Below are positions 35,115-58,314 of a stretch of DNA of 64,000 nt, piece after piece. The DNA lies in NCBI RefSeq assembly GCF_009914755.1, contig NC_060946.1. The stretch is one strand, 5' to 3'. Source of the stretch: the human T2T-CHM13v2.0 reference genome, Homo sapiens. Positions within the stretch are counted from its first letter, which is position 1. Every line of letters starts with the position of its first letter. The notes under the pieces were generated by a model. That model did not search any database, was not told where the DNA came from, and saw only the letters and a list, made by a program, of their open reading frames with translations. A program made the position numbers and the translations under genes.

Positions 35115-35479
35115 TGACCTTTATTCACATTTTAAATGAGAGTGAAAAAACATTCATTGTCAAGATCAAAGAATATCATCATCATTATTATTGGGTTTTT
35201 TTTAATTATGTAAGGTGACTTGAGTGGGGCTGCTAGAGATTCACATGCGGCAAGCAAAGCACCCCAGTAACCCCTTGGTGCAACCACTATGCTGGGCAAA
35301 TTACTTTGTTTCACTAAGCCTTCCATTCCTCATTTGTAGGATAACAATAATAGTCACAGTGTTGTTCTAAGGATTAAATGGGACAAAAGTAAACACTTAG
35401 CACAGTGCCTAACATAGTAACTGCTTAATAGGTGGTAATTATTCATCAACTAATTTGGTTAGTGATACAGTAAGCTTAA

Positions 35480-35877
<398 letters not shown>

Positions 35878-36759
35878 TGACACATCTCTTAGTATTATTA
35901 TTTGGACCACCAAGGTGGAAGTCCAAGTGCCTACAAGCTTGTTCTTGTGCTGAATTAGCCCCAACCTAAGTCAGCGGTTTCCACTTGGCAGTACCCCACA
36001 ACCTGATCCTGTTCAACCAAGCAGTATGGCTTTGAGGGATAACCAGGATATTTCCTGGTGGCCTATGAAACAACAGCGGGTTTTGTCTTTTTTTTTTTTT
36101 TCTTTAACCTAGGGACATCAGCAGTTGGTCTTCTGAAATTTTTACTTATTGAACTGGTAGCATAAGAATTCTCCCTTCCCAACTGGGCATGGTGGCTCAC
36201 ACCTGTAATCCCAGCACTTTAGGAGGCCGAAGCGGGCAGATCACTTGAGGTCAGGAGTTCAAGACCAGACTGGGCAAAATGGTGAAACCCCATTTCTACT
36301 AAAAATACAAAAAATTTAGCCAGGTGTGGTGACAGCTGCCTGTAATCCCAGCTACTCAAGAGGCTGAGCCAGTAGAATTGCTTGAATCTGGAAGGCAGAG
36401 GTTGCAGTGAGCCGATATCGCGCCACTGCATTCCAGCCTGGGCTACAGAGTGAGACTCTCTCTCCAAAAAAAGAGAATTCTCCCTTCCCTGCTTGCCTTG
36501 CCAAACTACTGAAATCTTAATGATGTTAGATCTTCCTGGGCTGTCCCCTGACCCAGCAAGAAATGAGATTTGAGATCGGGGCTGCCAGTGACTCAAATTT
36601 TTGTTATTCAGGTAACGCTCAAGTCCCTTAGAAACAGAGCAATGCAGTATAGAAATGTCTGAATGACCAGGCAGAACAAAGAAAAATTGGACCCTGCCCT
36701 GGAAACAAGCATTATGTATTTAAGGAGAAAGAGGAGAGTTAAACGCCTACAAATCATAG

Positions 36760-37023
<264 letters not shown>

Positions 37024-37844
37024 TAGCCAGGATGGTCTTGATCTCCTGACCTCATGATCCGCCCGCCTCGGCCTCCCCAAATGCTGGGATTACAGGCGTG
37101 AGCCACCGTGCCCGGCCGATCATTTCTTTTATATACATCTGCAGCCATTTGTTTAGAAGCAGGTAGTTAGGAAACATTACAGAGGAAGAGGACATTAAAT
37201 ATTTTCGGTCACTGGCTCATGCCTGTAATCCCAGCACTTTGGGAGGCCGAGGCAGGCAGATCACCTGAGCTCAGGAGTTCGAGACCAGCCTGGCCAACAT
37301 GGCAAAACCCCGTCTCTACTAAAAAATACAAAAATTAGCTGGGTGTGGTGCCGTGCACTTGTAATCCCAGTTACTCAGGAGGCTGAGGCAGGAGAATAGC
37401 TTGAACTCAGGAGGACAGAGGTTGCAGTGAGCTGAGATCATGCCACTGTACTCCAGACTGGGTGACAGAGTGAGACTCTGTCTAAAAAATAAATAAATAA
37501 AAATATTTTCCTAGAAAGAATTTTTAGCTGCAGAAACTGTTGCAGTTCTAACATTTATTCACTTATTCATTCAACAAATTATGGGCAAGTGTCTGGAATA
37601 CCAAGATGACAAAAAAAAAATTATTCTTAGTCCCAAAGAGCTCACAATCTAGGGAGGAAGAGATGAACAAATCCAAAGACAATTGCAATGCATTATGATA
37701 AGGGAGTCATCTCTCACAGTGGCCAAGAACATAGACTCTGATGTCAAACTGACATGGGTCTGAGTCTGACTTTGCCATATATCTTACCTTGGACAAGACC
37801 TTAGCATCTCTGAGGCCTGGTTTCTTCATTTATGTGACAGGCAC

Positions 37845-38925
<1,081 letters not shown>

Positions 38926-41879
38926 GATCTATAAACCAAACACAATAATAGTACCTCCCCTGACATTCTTTTGACCACTAAATAATGCATGTAAAACACT
39001 TAGCATGACACCTGGTTCACAAACACACTCAATAAATGTTAATTTAGACCCTTTTACTACGCTATTGCATCTACTATCTTTATTAATATGATTATTATAT
39101 ATGCCAAAAGCAATAGGGGTATTACAGAAAGATGTAACTCCGTCTGCCTGGGGGAGAGAGAACAAGTTTCACCCAGAGTGTTACATTTGACCTGGCTCTT
39201 TCAAAATGAGGAGGAATTTCCCAGGGAATGGTTTCTGATAAAAGGTAGTAAATTCTTGTGTGCCCTTTCCATGGGCTTAGAAGAGTTTGGCACTGCCCAC
39301 TGGGTTGCTACCAGGAGAAAACTCAGCACAGGGCTTGGAGTCAAAGGACCAGGACTGGAGTCAGCTGCGGTCTTCAATAGAACAAAGACTGGGAGAGTTA
39401 AGTGGGCTGTCCATCTGTGAAAAGCGAGCCAGAGTACCTAGCCACAGGGCTATTGCGAGGTCTTTAGGAGATAAGAGATCTTGGGAAAGATCTATTCAAA
39501 TGCCAGTTGCAGCTAACCCAGTAGTCTGGTTACCTACAAGCTGGTGGTGTAAAATCTCTTTGCGTTCTTTGAGAACATGATCACTTTCCTAATTCCTGTT
39601 TTTTGTTTCTGTGTTCCTAGCACCTAGCACTGAGCTTGACATAAAACTTGGCTATTCCAAGACTCCTGAAGATATTAAAAAACACAACTGCAGACCTAAG
39701 ATTTTCCCTAGAAAAACAGATAAAGACCCGGAGCAGATAATCTTAAAATACTGTCTTAACCAGGCAGTCCTCTGAATAAAGACAGGGTCTAAGTCCTTCC
39801 CCAAAATTGATCACCTCTCTAATCAGAGCGAAGAGAGGAGATATAAATAGAAGAGACCATTTTCTACTCCAAAGCTTTCTTTTCAAAAAAAAAAAAAAAA
39901 ATTCAGAGAATACCCTTGATAATTCATGGGCCAGAGGAAGTGGAAGCAGCTCCTGCCATGTGCCTGGCTGATCTGGGAGAAGATACAGAGTCTAATGAGA
40001 AACTGAATTCAGCAAAAAAGGAACGAGTGATGTTTAAGCCTCATTAGGGCTATAGAACCAGCGTTCTGACAAAAAAATACTCGCTATTGACTTTGACCTC
40101 ACTTCCCTACCTCCCTCTGTTCGTGGGATTATTGAACCAGGGTTTTTCCTATAGGCCAGAACCTTGCCAGCCCTTTTGCCCTTCACATAATGTGTTTGTC
40201 TGGTTTCTATTTCTGTAGTTTGATGAAGGATGATAGCAGGGTATTGAATTGTTGTTTTTCATTTAGTGCAGTCGCCGCCCTCACCCTGCCCACCACCCCC
40301 CACCCTGCTCTCAAGTCATTTTCATTGTCTGTTTTTTGCCTTGAGGTTTTTATTGCTTCTTCAGAGTGGAAGAAGGCTTTGTTTTATTTTGTTTTCCAGG
40401 CGCTGGTATACATAACCTCATGGATCCATCCTTCCTGCAAAAATTATGGTGTTTCTAAATCGGCAACAATTTCCTTTCACTGGGGAAAGGCAGGGAAGGG
40501 TCAGATATTTGCTGAGCCCATAACAACTACCAGGTGCAAAACTAAGTGGGGTTTTTTTGGTTTTGTTTTTTGGATTTTTTTTTTTCGTTTAATCCTCACA
40601 ACCGACCAGAGAAGCAGGTAGTATTACATCTTATTTTACCGATGAGAAAACTGAGACCCAGAGAGGTGAAACGACCAGCTCAAGGTTACACAAGATGGTT
40701 AGTGACAAAGAAACTCTTGTCCCCCCACTCCATGTCCACTGCCTTCCAGTGCTTCACCCTGTGCCTTTCAGAACTTTTTAGGGTGTTTTACTTTGGGCAG
40801 ATACAAATCTCATAGGGAAGAGGGGACAAAAAAGTCTAACATTTTTTTCTCTGAACCTGAAGTTAATAACTTCTTCATCCTGCTTTCCACTGGGAGCATA
40901 AGCTTCTGAATTTTTGTTTTGTTGAGGCATGGGGTCTTCATTGTCTTCCTTGTCCCTGCTGGCACCTGCTCAGGTATCTTCCTCTGGGTCCCTGTCCTGC
41001 TGTCAGTATCGATCCGCACTGGGCTCCACCCAGCTGACCTATCTGATCCTTGTTGTTGAGGCACTGAGATTGCCTCTGTCAAGGACATGGGGAAACCTTG
41101 GGTTTTCCCACTGTTCTGGGGGCCTTGGGACGCTCCAAGAGGCTGTCTCCAGCCCCTGCAATGTAGACACAGAGGAGGCATCCTTACTCCTTGGACATCG
41201 CGCTGGGAGGGGAAACACTGCAAAAGCCACCGCCTCCAGGGCCTGTAAAGAGAAGCCAGGCTCAGGTCTTTGCTCCTTCCAGATGCCACAGTGACCCCTG
41301 GGCTCCGTTTCTCCCTCTTTCCTCCCTGAGGCTCCATCTGTAAAGAGGCAAGCGAGGAGGATCCTCCAGAGACCCATACAAGACTCTGGTTCGCCTCCCC
41401 TCTCTCCTCAGCCCCTGCTGCCTTTGCCTCTCCCAGGTGGGGCTGCCAAACCTATCCTGGCTGATTCTGCTTCGTTTGAACCTCTGGATTTTGTAGGACA
41501 TAGACTTCATGTCCAGAATCATGTAGGTTTCAAACTTTTGGAGTACAAAAGATGAGGCTTTTGAAACACAGAGACTTTTCTCTCCAGCCACACATTTCAA
41601 AACATATTTTGAAATTCAAAAGCTGAGTTCAGACTCTTCTTCTCTTTGCATTTCCACTATAATAGTTTTATTCCTGAGGGCGAGAACAGCAGAAGATACC
41701 TGGGAGAGTGAGGGAGGAAGAACATATGTTAATATTTTTCAGCAATGACAATGTCTGCACTACGTCCTTCTGCTGTGAATTCAGGGAGATAGTTCCAGCC
41801 TCCCCGGGAGTCAGGATGGGGATATATGATAACATTCTGGCCAGGGGAAGATGGGTAAAAGTGACAGGGGCCACTTCTA

Positions 41880-42314
<435 letters not shown>

Positions 42315-42549
42315 TCAAAAAAAAAAAAAGGAAGCCGCCCCAGCTGCATCAGACTGTGATATGAGAGAGAAATAAGCCTTAATTTTGTTAAGCCGCTGAG
42401 GTTTGGTTTTCGCTTGTTGTTGTTGTTTTTGTTTTTATAGCAGCTTGTGTTCTTTATGCTGACTAATATAATATCTAAATATTGTTCTGCCTCATAATCA
42501 ATATATTTAAAAAGCCAGAGATGAGGAATCAAAAGCCTGACTGCTTTGA

Positions 42550-42684
<135 letters not shown>

Positions 42685-43304
42685 TGAGGCCAGGAGTTAA
42701 AGATCGGCCTGGGCAAACATAGTGAGACCTCCACCTCTACAAAAATAAAAATAATTAGCCAGGTGTGGTGATGAACACCTGTGGTCCCAGCTACTCAAGA
42801 GGCTGAGGTGGAAGGATTGCATGAGCCCAGGAGGTTAACGTTGAGGCTACAGTGAGCCATGTTCAGGCCATGGCACTCCAGCCTGGGCAACAGAGCAAGA
42901 CATCATCTCCAAAATAAATAAATAAATAAATAAATATTATTTTTGGACAACAGTCAAAGCTTGATATTGAAGGAGAGTGATGGGAAAGAAAACAAGAATG
43001 ACACCTCAATTCTTTTCTTTCAATCAGCCTGGAATAATAATTGACATATTGCGACACTCAATAAGCAATAATTGAATGAATGAAAAACCTGTTAACCAAC
43101 ACAATCTCGTAAAACTCAGGCCATTTGCTATTTTAGGTCTTATGGGGAAGAGCAACGGAGGTAGAGAGAAAAAAGTAGGAAATATAGAATGGCAAGGTGG
43201 AAATCATTTTCCAGAAGGCATGCCCCTTTGCCCATTCCCACTTTTGTCACTTAAAATGGTGCTTATCAGTTACTGATATTCTGTAGCCTGCTTGAATTTC
43301 TGTA

Positions 43305-44666
<1,362 letters not shown>

Positions 44667-45274
44667 ATCGCTAAGACTGGAATCACGCAGAAAGGTTTTT
44701 GGGGTTTGAAGGAGCTCAATAAATAACACCTCTCTTCCCCATCAAGTCAGGAACCAATTTAGGACAGACACAGGAGACAGAGAGAGGAAATCAAAATGTT
44801 TGATTTATTACCAATAAACACTAGGTTTGAGTATGCAGCTGAACTGGGCGTGCAGCCTAGGTTGTGCTATGAATGGATGTGCTGTGTTGGAAGAATGTGC
44901 TATGAGCCTTGACTCTTGCATTAGATAGACTCAACGACCGTTGGCATAGCTGGAAAACCAGAAGCTACCGCTTGACAAAAAGCAAACCAGAAATCTCCTT
45001 CTCAGTGGTGAGGCAAATTTAAGGAAAAGGGCAGGAAGGAGTTGAGCCAAGCCATTTCCAGAAATCACTCCATCTGTCAGCTTTGGCTAAGATATGCAGC
45101 ACGAACAAACAGCCCCAAATGGTCAGTGACTTACAACCAGAAAGAACAAGAACAGGCCAGGCGCGGTGGCTCATGCCTGTAATCCAGCACTTTGGGAAGC
45201 TGAGGGGTGTGGATCACTTGAGGTCAGGAGTTTGAGACCAGCCTGGCCAACCTGGTGTAACCCCATCTCTACTA

Positions 45275-45415
<141 letters not shown>

Positions 45416-46679
45416 TTAAAATACAAAAATTAGTCTGTAATTCCAGCCACTCCTGAGGCTGAGGCAGGAGAATCAGTTGAACACAAAGGCGGAGGTTGTG
45501 GTGAGCCAAGATCACGCCATTGCACTCCAGCCTGCACAACAAGAGCAAAACTCTGTCTTAAATAAATAAATAAATAAATAAATTAGCTGGGTGTTGTGGC
45601 GTGCTCCTATAATCCCAGTTACTCAAGAGGCTGAGGTGGGAGAATAGCTTGAACTCAGGAGGTGGAGGTTGCAGTGAGCCAAGATTGCGCCATTGCACTC
45701 CAGCCTGGGCAACAGAGTGAGACTCTATCTCAAATAAAATAAAAAAGAACAAAGGTTCTTGTTCACCCACCCATTGTGGGTTGGCTGTATGTTGTCTTCA
45801 CTCTGGGACCCAGGCTAATGGCCACTGCTAGGCTGGTCTGTGTCAGAGGGAAGAGAGGGAGACACTGTAGAAGATACAAGGGCCACACTGGTATTCCGCT
45901 CTCATTCTGTTGGCCAAAGCAAGTGACCTGGCCAAACCTGCCTTCAATGGGGCGGGGATATTTCATCCTCCAAAGGGAAGGGCAAGGAATATTTTTGAAT
46001 AATAACCCACTCTACTACACCCCTCCTGGAGATAAGACAAAGACATGGGATTTCGTTTTCCCAATCTGTACCCAAAGGCCAAAGGAGAAGCAACAGATGC
46101 TGTTGCCACACGCACACCCCCTTGGCCTACTGTGGATGTTCCCTGCGGGTTCTGCTGACGGTTCCCACACATCCCACATACATCATCTGCTTCCCAACTT
46201 CAATGCCTGCCAGGTTGCTGCCTCTGGCTGTAGGGCATGTTGGGCCTATGAGCAGGACAAGCCCAGAATGCTGGAGAGCTAACCCTCCCCACCACCTGCC
46301 AGGAGCAGACCTTACCCAAGGAGGGGAAGAAGTCGTGTATACATTCCTCAGCTTCCTCACCTGTTGGTAAGACAATTTTTTTTTTGAGTTGGAGTCTCGC
46401 TCTGTTGCCCAGGCTGGAGTGCAGTGGTGCGATCTTGGCTCACAGCAACCTCCATCTCCTGTGTTCAAGCGATTCTCCTGCTTCAGCCTCCTGAGTAGGT
46501 GGGACTATAGGCATGCGCCAGTGCCACCACACCTGGCTATTTTTTTTTTTTTTTTTAGAAGAGACAGGGTTTTGCCACTTTGGTCAGGCTGGTCTTGAAC
46601 TCCTGACCTCAGATGATCCTCCCGCCTCGGCCTCCCAAAGTGCTCACAGGTGTGAGCCACCGCACCTGGCGGTAGGATA

Positions 46680-46897
46680 ATTTTAAGAGACACAGTCTCT
46701 CGGAGGACACAGTGGGAGTGAGCGCTGTTTGTCCACAATGGTAACTTGCCTATTAATGTCCATTTTCCTCTCTTTTTTTCCTCCTCTATCTTCGTTGCCC
46801 ACTGCCTCACTGAGCAACCTGAGATCACCTCCCAAATAAACCAATGCACCCAAATCCCTGGGTCAAGCTCTGTTTCGAAGGAACTCACCTAAAACAG
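46680..46897 (+). mobile_element. LTR16-like ERVL LTR 3' part
   Basis: GATCACCTCCCAAATAAACC...CAAATCCCT...GGAACTCACCTAAAACA resembles the LTR16 3' end. Confidence 0.55.
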
Positions 46898-46954
46898 GAA
46901 TGGAAGTTTCTCCTCTCAAAGTCCTATTTCCTGAGCAATAGAAAAAAAAAAAAA

Positions 46955-47765
<811 letters not shown>

Positions 47766-48132
47766 TAAAAATAAATATTTTTTTAAAGACCTATTTCCTT
47801 TTTTTAGAAAACTTTTGGGCCAAGCGCGGTGGCTCACGCCTGTAATCCCAGCACTTTGGGAGGCTGAGGCAGGCGGATCATGAGGTCAGGAGATCGAGAC
47901 CATCCTGGCTAACACGGTGACACCCCGTCTCTGCTAAAAATAAAAAAAAAAATTAAAAAAATTAGCCAGGCATGGTGGCAGGCGCCTATAGTCCCAGCTA
48001 CTCGGGAGGTGGAGGCAGGAGAATGGGTGTAAACTCGGGAGGCAGAGCTCGAAGTGAGCGGAGACCGTACCACTGCACTCCAGCCTGGATGACAGAGTGA
48101 GACTCTGTCTCAAAAAAAAAAACAAAAAAAAA

Positions 48133-49402
<1,270 letters not shown>

Positions 49403-49416
49403 GAGCAATTCTTCTT

Positions 49417-49717
<301 letters not shown>

Positions 49718-50919
49718 GAGCAATTCTTCTTCTGCCTACTCAGCCTTACAGCACAAAACAGACAATGTGAGTGCCAGTTACTCTTAAACAATAACATTGA
49801 TATCTCTGGCCACTGAACCTCTGACACCCAGTGCTGGCTCCCCACATGCTTATGGAGAGGCTTCTGGCTTCTTGTCAACATCTTGACTTTGTGGCCATTA
49901 CAGCTGGGGTCAGCCAGTCTCCACCTTGGATGTCTCAGGAGCCCTTTCTTTCCAGCCTGTAATTTAGAATTTCTCAACTGTCCCTTCGTATCCATCAGCA
50001 TGCTTCATGCATAGTTCATTCACATTCAACAAATGCTGAGTGGATCCTGATTGGCAGAAATGTTCCAGGGACTGGGAATGTGACCCATGAAGATGACAGA
50101 CCAGAACCCTAGTCTCCTAAAATGTATATTCTGGTGAGGAGAGAGAAAAAATGAGCAACAAAAATGTTAGATGAGCCAGGCGTGATGGTTCATGCCTGGA
50201 ATCTCAGCACTTTGGAAGGCTGAAGCAGAGGATTCGCTTACCCAGGAATTCGAGACCAGCCTGGGCAACATAGTGAAACCCCATCTCTACAAAAAATACA
50301 AAATAGCCAAGCATGGTGGTGTGTGCCTGTAGTCGCAGCCACTCAGGAGGCTAAGGAGGGAGGATTGCTTGAGCCCAGGAAGGTCGAGGCTGCACTGAGC
50401 CATGTTCGCACCACTGCACTCCAGCCTGGGTGACAAAGCGAGACCCTGTCTCAAAAAATAAAAACAAAAATAAAAATAAAATAATTGGCTGGGCGCGATG
50501 GTTCACATCTGTAATCTCAGAACTTTGGGAGGCCAAGGTGGGCAGATCATTTGAGGTCAGAAGTTCAAGACCAGTCTAGCCAACATGGTGAAACCCCATT
50601 TCTAATAAAAATACAAAAATTAGCTGGGTGTGGTGGCCCACACCTATAATCCCAGCTACTCAGTCCCGAAGCAGGAGAATCACTTGAATCCGGGAGATGG
50701 AGGTTGCAGTGAGTCAGGATTGCACCACTGTACTCCAGCCTGGGTGACAGAGTGAGACTCCGTCTCAAAAAAAAAAAAAAAAAAAATAGACCAGGCGCGG
50801 TGGCTCACACCTGTAATCTCAGCACTTTGGGAGGCCGAGGCAGGGAGCCTCCTTCGAATCACCTGAGGTCGGGAATTCGAAACCAGCCTGACCAACATGG
50901 AGAGACCCCATCTCTACTA

Positions 50920-51078
<159 letters not shown>

Positions 51079-51995
51079 TCAAATAAATAAATAAATAATA
51101 AAATAAAATAATAATTTTTTAAAAAGACCCTACTTTGGCACTGTAGCATGCCTTACAGGCATTGCACTGGAATTCTACATTCTATTTTTGCTCTCTGCCT
51201 CCCTCCCAGACTGGGGGCTCTGTGGAGGCTGGAATCTCTCTCCCTCATTCTCTCCATCCCCATCCCACCACCCCCACTTTAGGAATGGAATGTTTGGAAC
51301 ACACAGTAAGTGTGTCAAGAAACACAGAGTGAAGGACTCCTTCAAGGCCCATGTGATACATCACCTTACTCTGTGAAATCTTTCCTGATGCCCGCTATCC
51401 CCACCCTCCTCATGCCTCCTTAGCACTTTGCAACAGTTCCAGTGAAGCACTGAACACATCCGTACTTTTTTTTTTTTTTTGAGACGGAGTCTTGCTCTGT
51501 CGCCTAAGCTGGAGTGCAATGGTGCAATCTTGGCCCACTGCAACCTCCACCTCCTGGGTTCAAGCGATTCTCCCTGCCTCAGCCTCTAGAGTAGCTGGGA
51601 TTACAGGAACCTGCCACCATGTCCAGCTAATATTTGTATTTTCAGTAGACAGGGGGTTTCACCATGTTGATGTTGGCTAGGCTGGTCTTGAACTTCTGAC
51701 CTCAGGTGATATGCCCTCCTTGGCCTCCCAAAGTGCTGGGATTACAGGCATGAGCCACCGCACCAGCCACATCCTTACTTATTAACATGTCTAGCCTCCC
51801 TTCCAAGTGAACATCAAGGGCGGCAAACTCAGATACCTACAAGGGCCAGGCAGGGTAAGTGCCTGATTGTGGCAAGTGGAGGCAACTAGGGGCAGTAGCA
51901 AACCAATTTTCATGTAATGCTGGAAATTTGAATTTTTATGAGAAATCTCCAGATATTTCAATGTTGGCAATTAATTATTTTGAAAAACTAAATGA

Positions 51996-52271
<276 letters not shown>

Positions 52272-52516
52272 TGATCCGCCCGCCTCGGCCTCCCAAAGTG
52301 CTGGGATTACAGGCGTGAGCCACCATGCCCGGGCCTGAGATCTCTTTTTAGTCAAAATGATATTCTCAGGATCTTACACAGCAAAGAACAAATGATGATT
52401 GCTCAAGAATATTGGTTGAAGGTGGGGCACGGTGGCTCACGCCTGTAATCCCAGCCCTTTGGGAGGCCAAGGGAGGTGGATCACCTGAGGTCAGGAGTTC
52501 GAGACCAGCACGGTCA

Positions 52517-52699
<183 letters not shown>

Positions 52700-53640
52700 C
52701 TAAAAAATAATAATAATAAAAAGATATTTGTTGAATGAATGAATAAACCAAACAAATGGGAATGAATCAGATCAGCTCTTCTCGCTGGAGTCCGTCTATG
52801 ACTTCATCATTTGGCTTAGCCAAGATTGGATTCCAGATGAAATGGAAGGTGGGCTTAGTTTTCTTTTTTACATCAGGTGATGAGTTTTTTTACTTTTTTT
52901 TTTTTTTTTTTTTTTTATTGCCTCACTACCTGGAATGTCTCCGGTGGCCCTGGGGCTTTCTGGGAAGGAGATCAAATGTCTCTGAAACAGGCTCATTTCC
53001 ACAGGTGGCTCAGCTGGGTTCATACACTAATCAGATGGAAGACTCATGACTAAGCGCTTAGACTCCAGATAAGTTGCACAGACATTAATAGAACTGTAGA
53101 ATGGTAACAGTGGAAACACTCTCAGCTGTCACTTGTGGACTAGACTCTACTTGTGCGACCCCAATTAGCAGAGGAGGAAACTGATTGGGAAAGTGACCTA
53201 CCCAAGGACACATTCTGGGGAGGTCATCTCTCTTCCATCCACTGCTTTCTTTGGCTCTGCTCAGATGGGAGCCATACGTGTTCATCTTTCACCATTTCCA
53301 AGACAGCGACTAGTCTTGAAAGGAATGCCCGAGTACGTTATCAGCCTCCAGACTGGTTGACAGCGTGGGCTGGCTATAGACTCTTCTTGGACTAACACCA
53401 GGACTGCTACCCTGAAAGGGCTTCTCTAGAAACAGAGAATTGGGTTGAATACAAATATTCTACTACCAGAATCCCAGTGAGGAAATCTGAGGCATGTGAG
53501 TCAAGAGGAGGGATTGACTCTGTCCTATTTTTGTATCGCCAATAGCACCTAGCAAAAGGCTTTCAGTGTAACAGACACTAAGTATGTGTGTGTTGAGCAG
53601 TGCCCACTATGTGCTGGGTATTGTCCTAAACAATGTTTCT

Positions 53641-54280
<640 letters not shown>

Positions 54281-54568
54281 TTCTAGAGGATAGAAGAAGC
54301 TAATAAGAACTATTAAAAAAAAAATAGAGCAGAGTAAGAGGAATTGAAAGGGCCTGGGATGGGTGTGAGTGATGGGGGACGGGTAGCTACCAGCATTAAA
54401 CAGAGTGATAGGAGAAATAAACCTATAAATCAAATATCTGGCTGGGCATGGTGGCTCACACCTGTAATCCCAGTACTTTGGGAGGCCGTGGCAGGCGGAT
54501 CACCTGAGGTCAGGAATTCAAGACCAGCCTGGCCAACATGGTGAAACCCTGTCTCTACTAAAAATTCA

Positions 54569-54778
<210 letters not shown>

Positions 54779-54996
54779 CTAATTTTTCCTAGATTTAAAG
54801 GTTTTTATTGTGAATTGAATCATAAATATATAAGAATTGATAGGCCAGGAAGTCAAGACCAGCCTGGGCAACAAAGCAAGACCCCATCTCTATAAATTAA
54901 AGCATAAAAATAAATAAATAAGAAATAAAAGGGGTGCAGTGGCTCATGCCTGTAATCCCAGTATTTGGGGGAGGGTGAGGCAGGAGGACTGCTTGA

Positions 54997-55221
<225 letters not shown>

Positions 55222-55308
55222 TAAAAATATTTCTAGCACTTAAAAATTCTACCATAGGCCCTCCAAGATAACATCACTTTCTAGTCCTACAAGGGTAACC
55301 TCTATTCA

Positions 55309-55934
<626 letters not shown>

Positions 55935-57140
55935 TGAACCAGGGCTCTATTCTGATTTTTTAGTTAAACATTCCCTTGCACTCCTGTGCAGTTTTACTAT
56001 CTATGTGTATCCATATCTTGTTTGGTTTTGGAAAACGAAGAAGCAAGCTCAAAACATGGTAAGTAAAAGGCAATATTGCTACTACTAGGTAAGGTTTCCT
56101 AGGAGAAAATGGGCCGAAAGTGTGGATCCACGGTCTGGCTCCAGCTGTCTGCAAGAGGGGCTTCCAGGGAAGTCCGTGGATATGGGGGCCTCTGAAAGAG
56201 CTGTAGGGTGAGCTGTGAACTGCAGTCTGGCAGAAAAACATTCAAGGAGAGGAGCCTGCTCCATTTTTTGGTTTGTTTGTTTGTTTCGCTTCTCCGCTCA
56301 TTGGTCTATCTTCAGGTCTCTGGAGCGGGCCAAAGCTGAACACTAACACCAAGCTGAAACGCCTGCAGGGAGAATAGAAACTCTTCTAGCACCTGGTCAA
56401 GGCAAGTCAGCCCTAGACAACAGTTAAAACTCCACGTCTCTCAGCATTTTCTTCCTTGAACTCAAGCTAGGATCTTGGTGGTAACACCCAAACATGTCTG
56501 CCTATCTGCTGAGTCACAGGACTTCCTGGGGACTGGTTGGACTGGTTGCCCTCCCTCCACACTGTCTGGGGTATGACTGTCACTCTCTCATGTAGTAGAC
56601 CTCTGGCTTACTGAACCCACATCTTCTCATTCCCTAATCTGTACTCTTTGTTTCAATGGAGCTTCTCCTCCTGTAGCTTGCCAAGAAAGCCTGCGTGGGA
56701 AAGTATTTTGAGATCTTAGATGTTTGGAAATTTTTATGTCTAAACATTTCAAATATTCATACCTGGTTAATACCTGCACTGATAATAGAATTTTACATTA
56801 CAGATTACAGATCGTTTTCATTCCAACCTTTGACAGCATTGGGTCATCGTCTAGCCCTCAGTGTTGCTATGGGAATACTGAAGCTATTCTGATTCTGTGT
56901 TTCCCTCTCTGGAAGCTTATAGAATCTTCCTTTTTCCTCTCAGGATTCTGAAATTTCACAGCAACGTACCTTAACTTGGGTCTATTTTCATCCATCTTGC
57001 TCAGCACTTGTGAGGGTTCTTCAGTGTAGAAATATGCATTCTGCAAAATTTCTTGAGTTGATCATTAATGATTTCCTCCCCATTCTCTCTGTTCTCTTCT
57101 AGAACCCCTGTTATTCTGATGTTGGATCTCCCAGACTGGA

Positions 57141-57632
57141 TTCCCTTCCTTTCTCTTCCCTTCCCTTCTCTTCTCTTCTCTTCCCTTCCCTTCCCTTCCC
57201 TTCTCCCTTCCCTTCCCCCTTGCCTTCCCTTCCCTTCCCTTCTCCCTTCCCCCTTCCCTTCCCTGCTTCTCCCTTCCCATCCCTTCTCCCTTCCCTTCCC
57301 ATCTCTTCTCCCTTCTCCCTTCCCATCCCTTCTCCCTTCCCTTCTCCCTTCTCCCTTCCCATCCCTTCTCCCTTCCTTTCTCCCTTCCCTTCTCCCTTCC
57401 TTTCCCTTCCCATCCCTTCTGCCTTCCCTTCTCCCTTTTCCCTTCCTGTCCCTTCTCCCTTCCCTTCTCCCTTCCCTTCTCCTTTCCCTTCTCCCTTCCC
57501 TTCTCCCTTCCCCCTTCCCTCCTCCCTTCCCTTCTCCCTTCCCCCTTCCCTCCTCCCTTCCCTTCTCCCTTCCCTTCCCTTTCCTTCCCTTCCTTGACCT
57601 GCCCTTCCCTGCCCTTCCCTCCCCTCCACCTT
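57141..57632. repeat. About 490-bp (CCCTT/CTCCCTT)n polypyrimidine tandem tract
   Basis: Almost exclusively C/T on the plus strand, with a recurring CCCTTCCCTTCT-type unit. Confidence 0.97.
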
Positions 57633-57975
57633 TTATTTTCATTTATTTTCTTTTCTTTTCAGAGACAGGATCTCACTATGTTGCCCAGGCTAGTCTTGAA
57701 CTCCTCCACTCAAGTCATCCTCCCACCTTGGCCTCCCAAGGTGTTGGGATTATAGGTGTGAGCCACCGCACCTGCCTTCTTTCCTATTTTCAGTCTCTTT
57801 GTCTTTGTTGCTCTAATTTCTCTTCTTTCTTTTGTTTTTTTGCTCTGTCACCCAGGCTGGAGTGCAGTGGTGAGATCATCTCCCTGCAGCCCCGAACTCC
57901 CGGGCTCAAGCGATCCTCCTATCTCAGTTTCCCAAGTAGCCAGGACTGCAGGTACATGCCACCATGCTTGGCTAA

Positions 57976-58314
<339 letters not shown>

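Noticed and set aside
40810-41337. 175-aa minus-strand ORF outside obvious Alus
   Set aside because: No recognisable domain, splice structure or promoter context; likely chance or old repeat.
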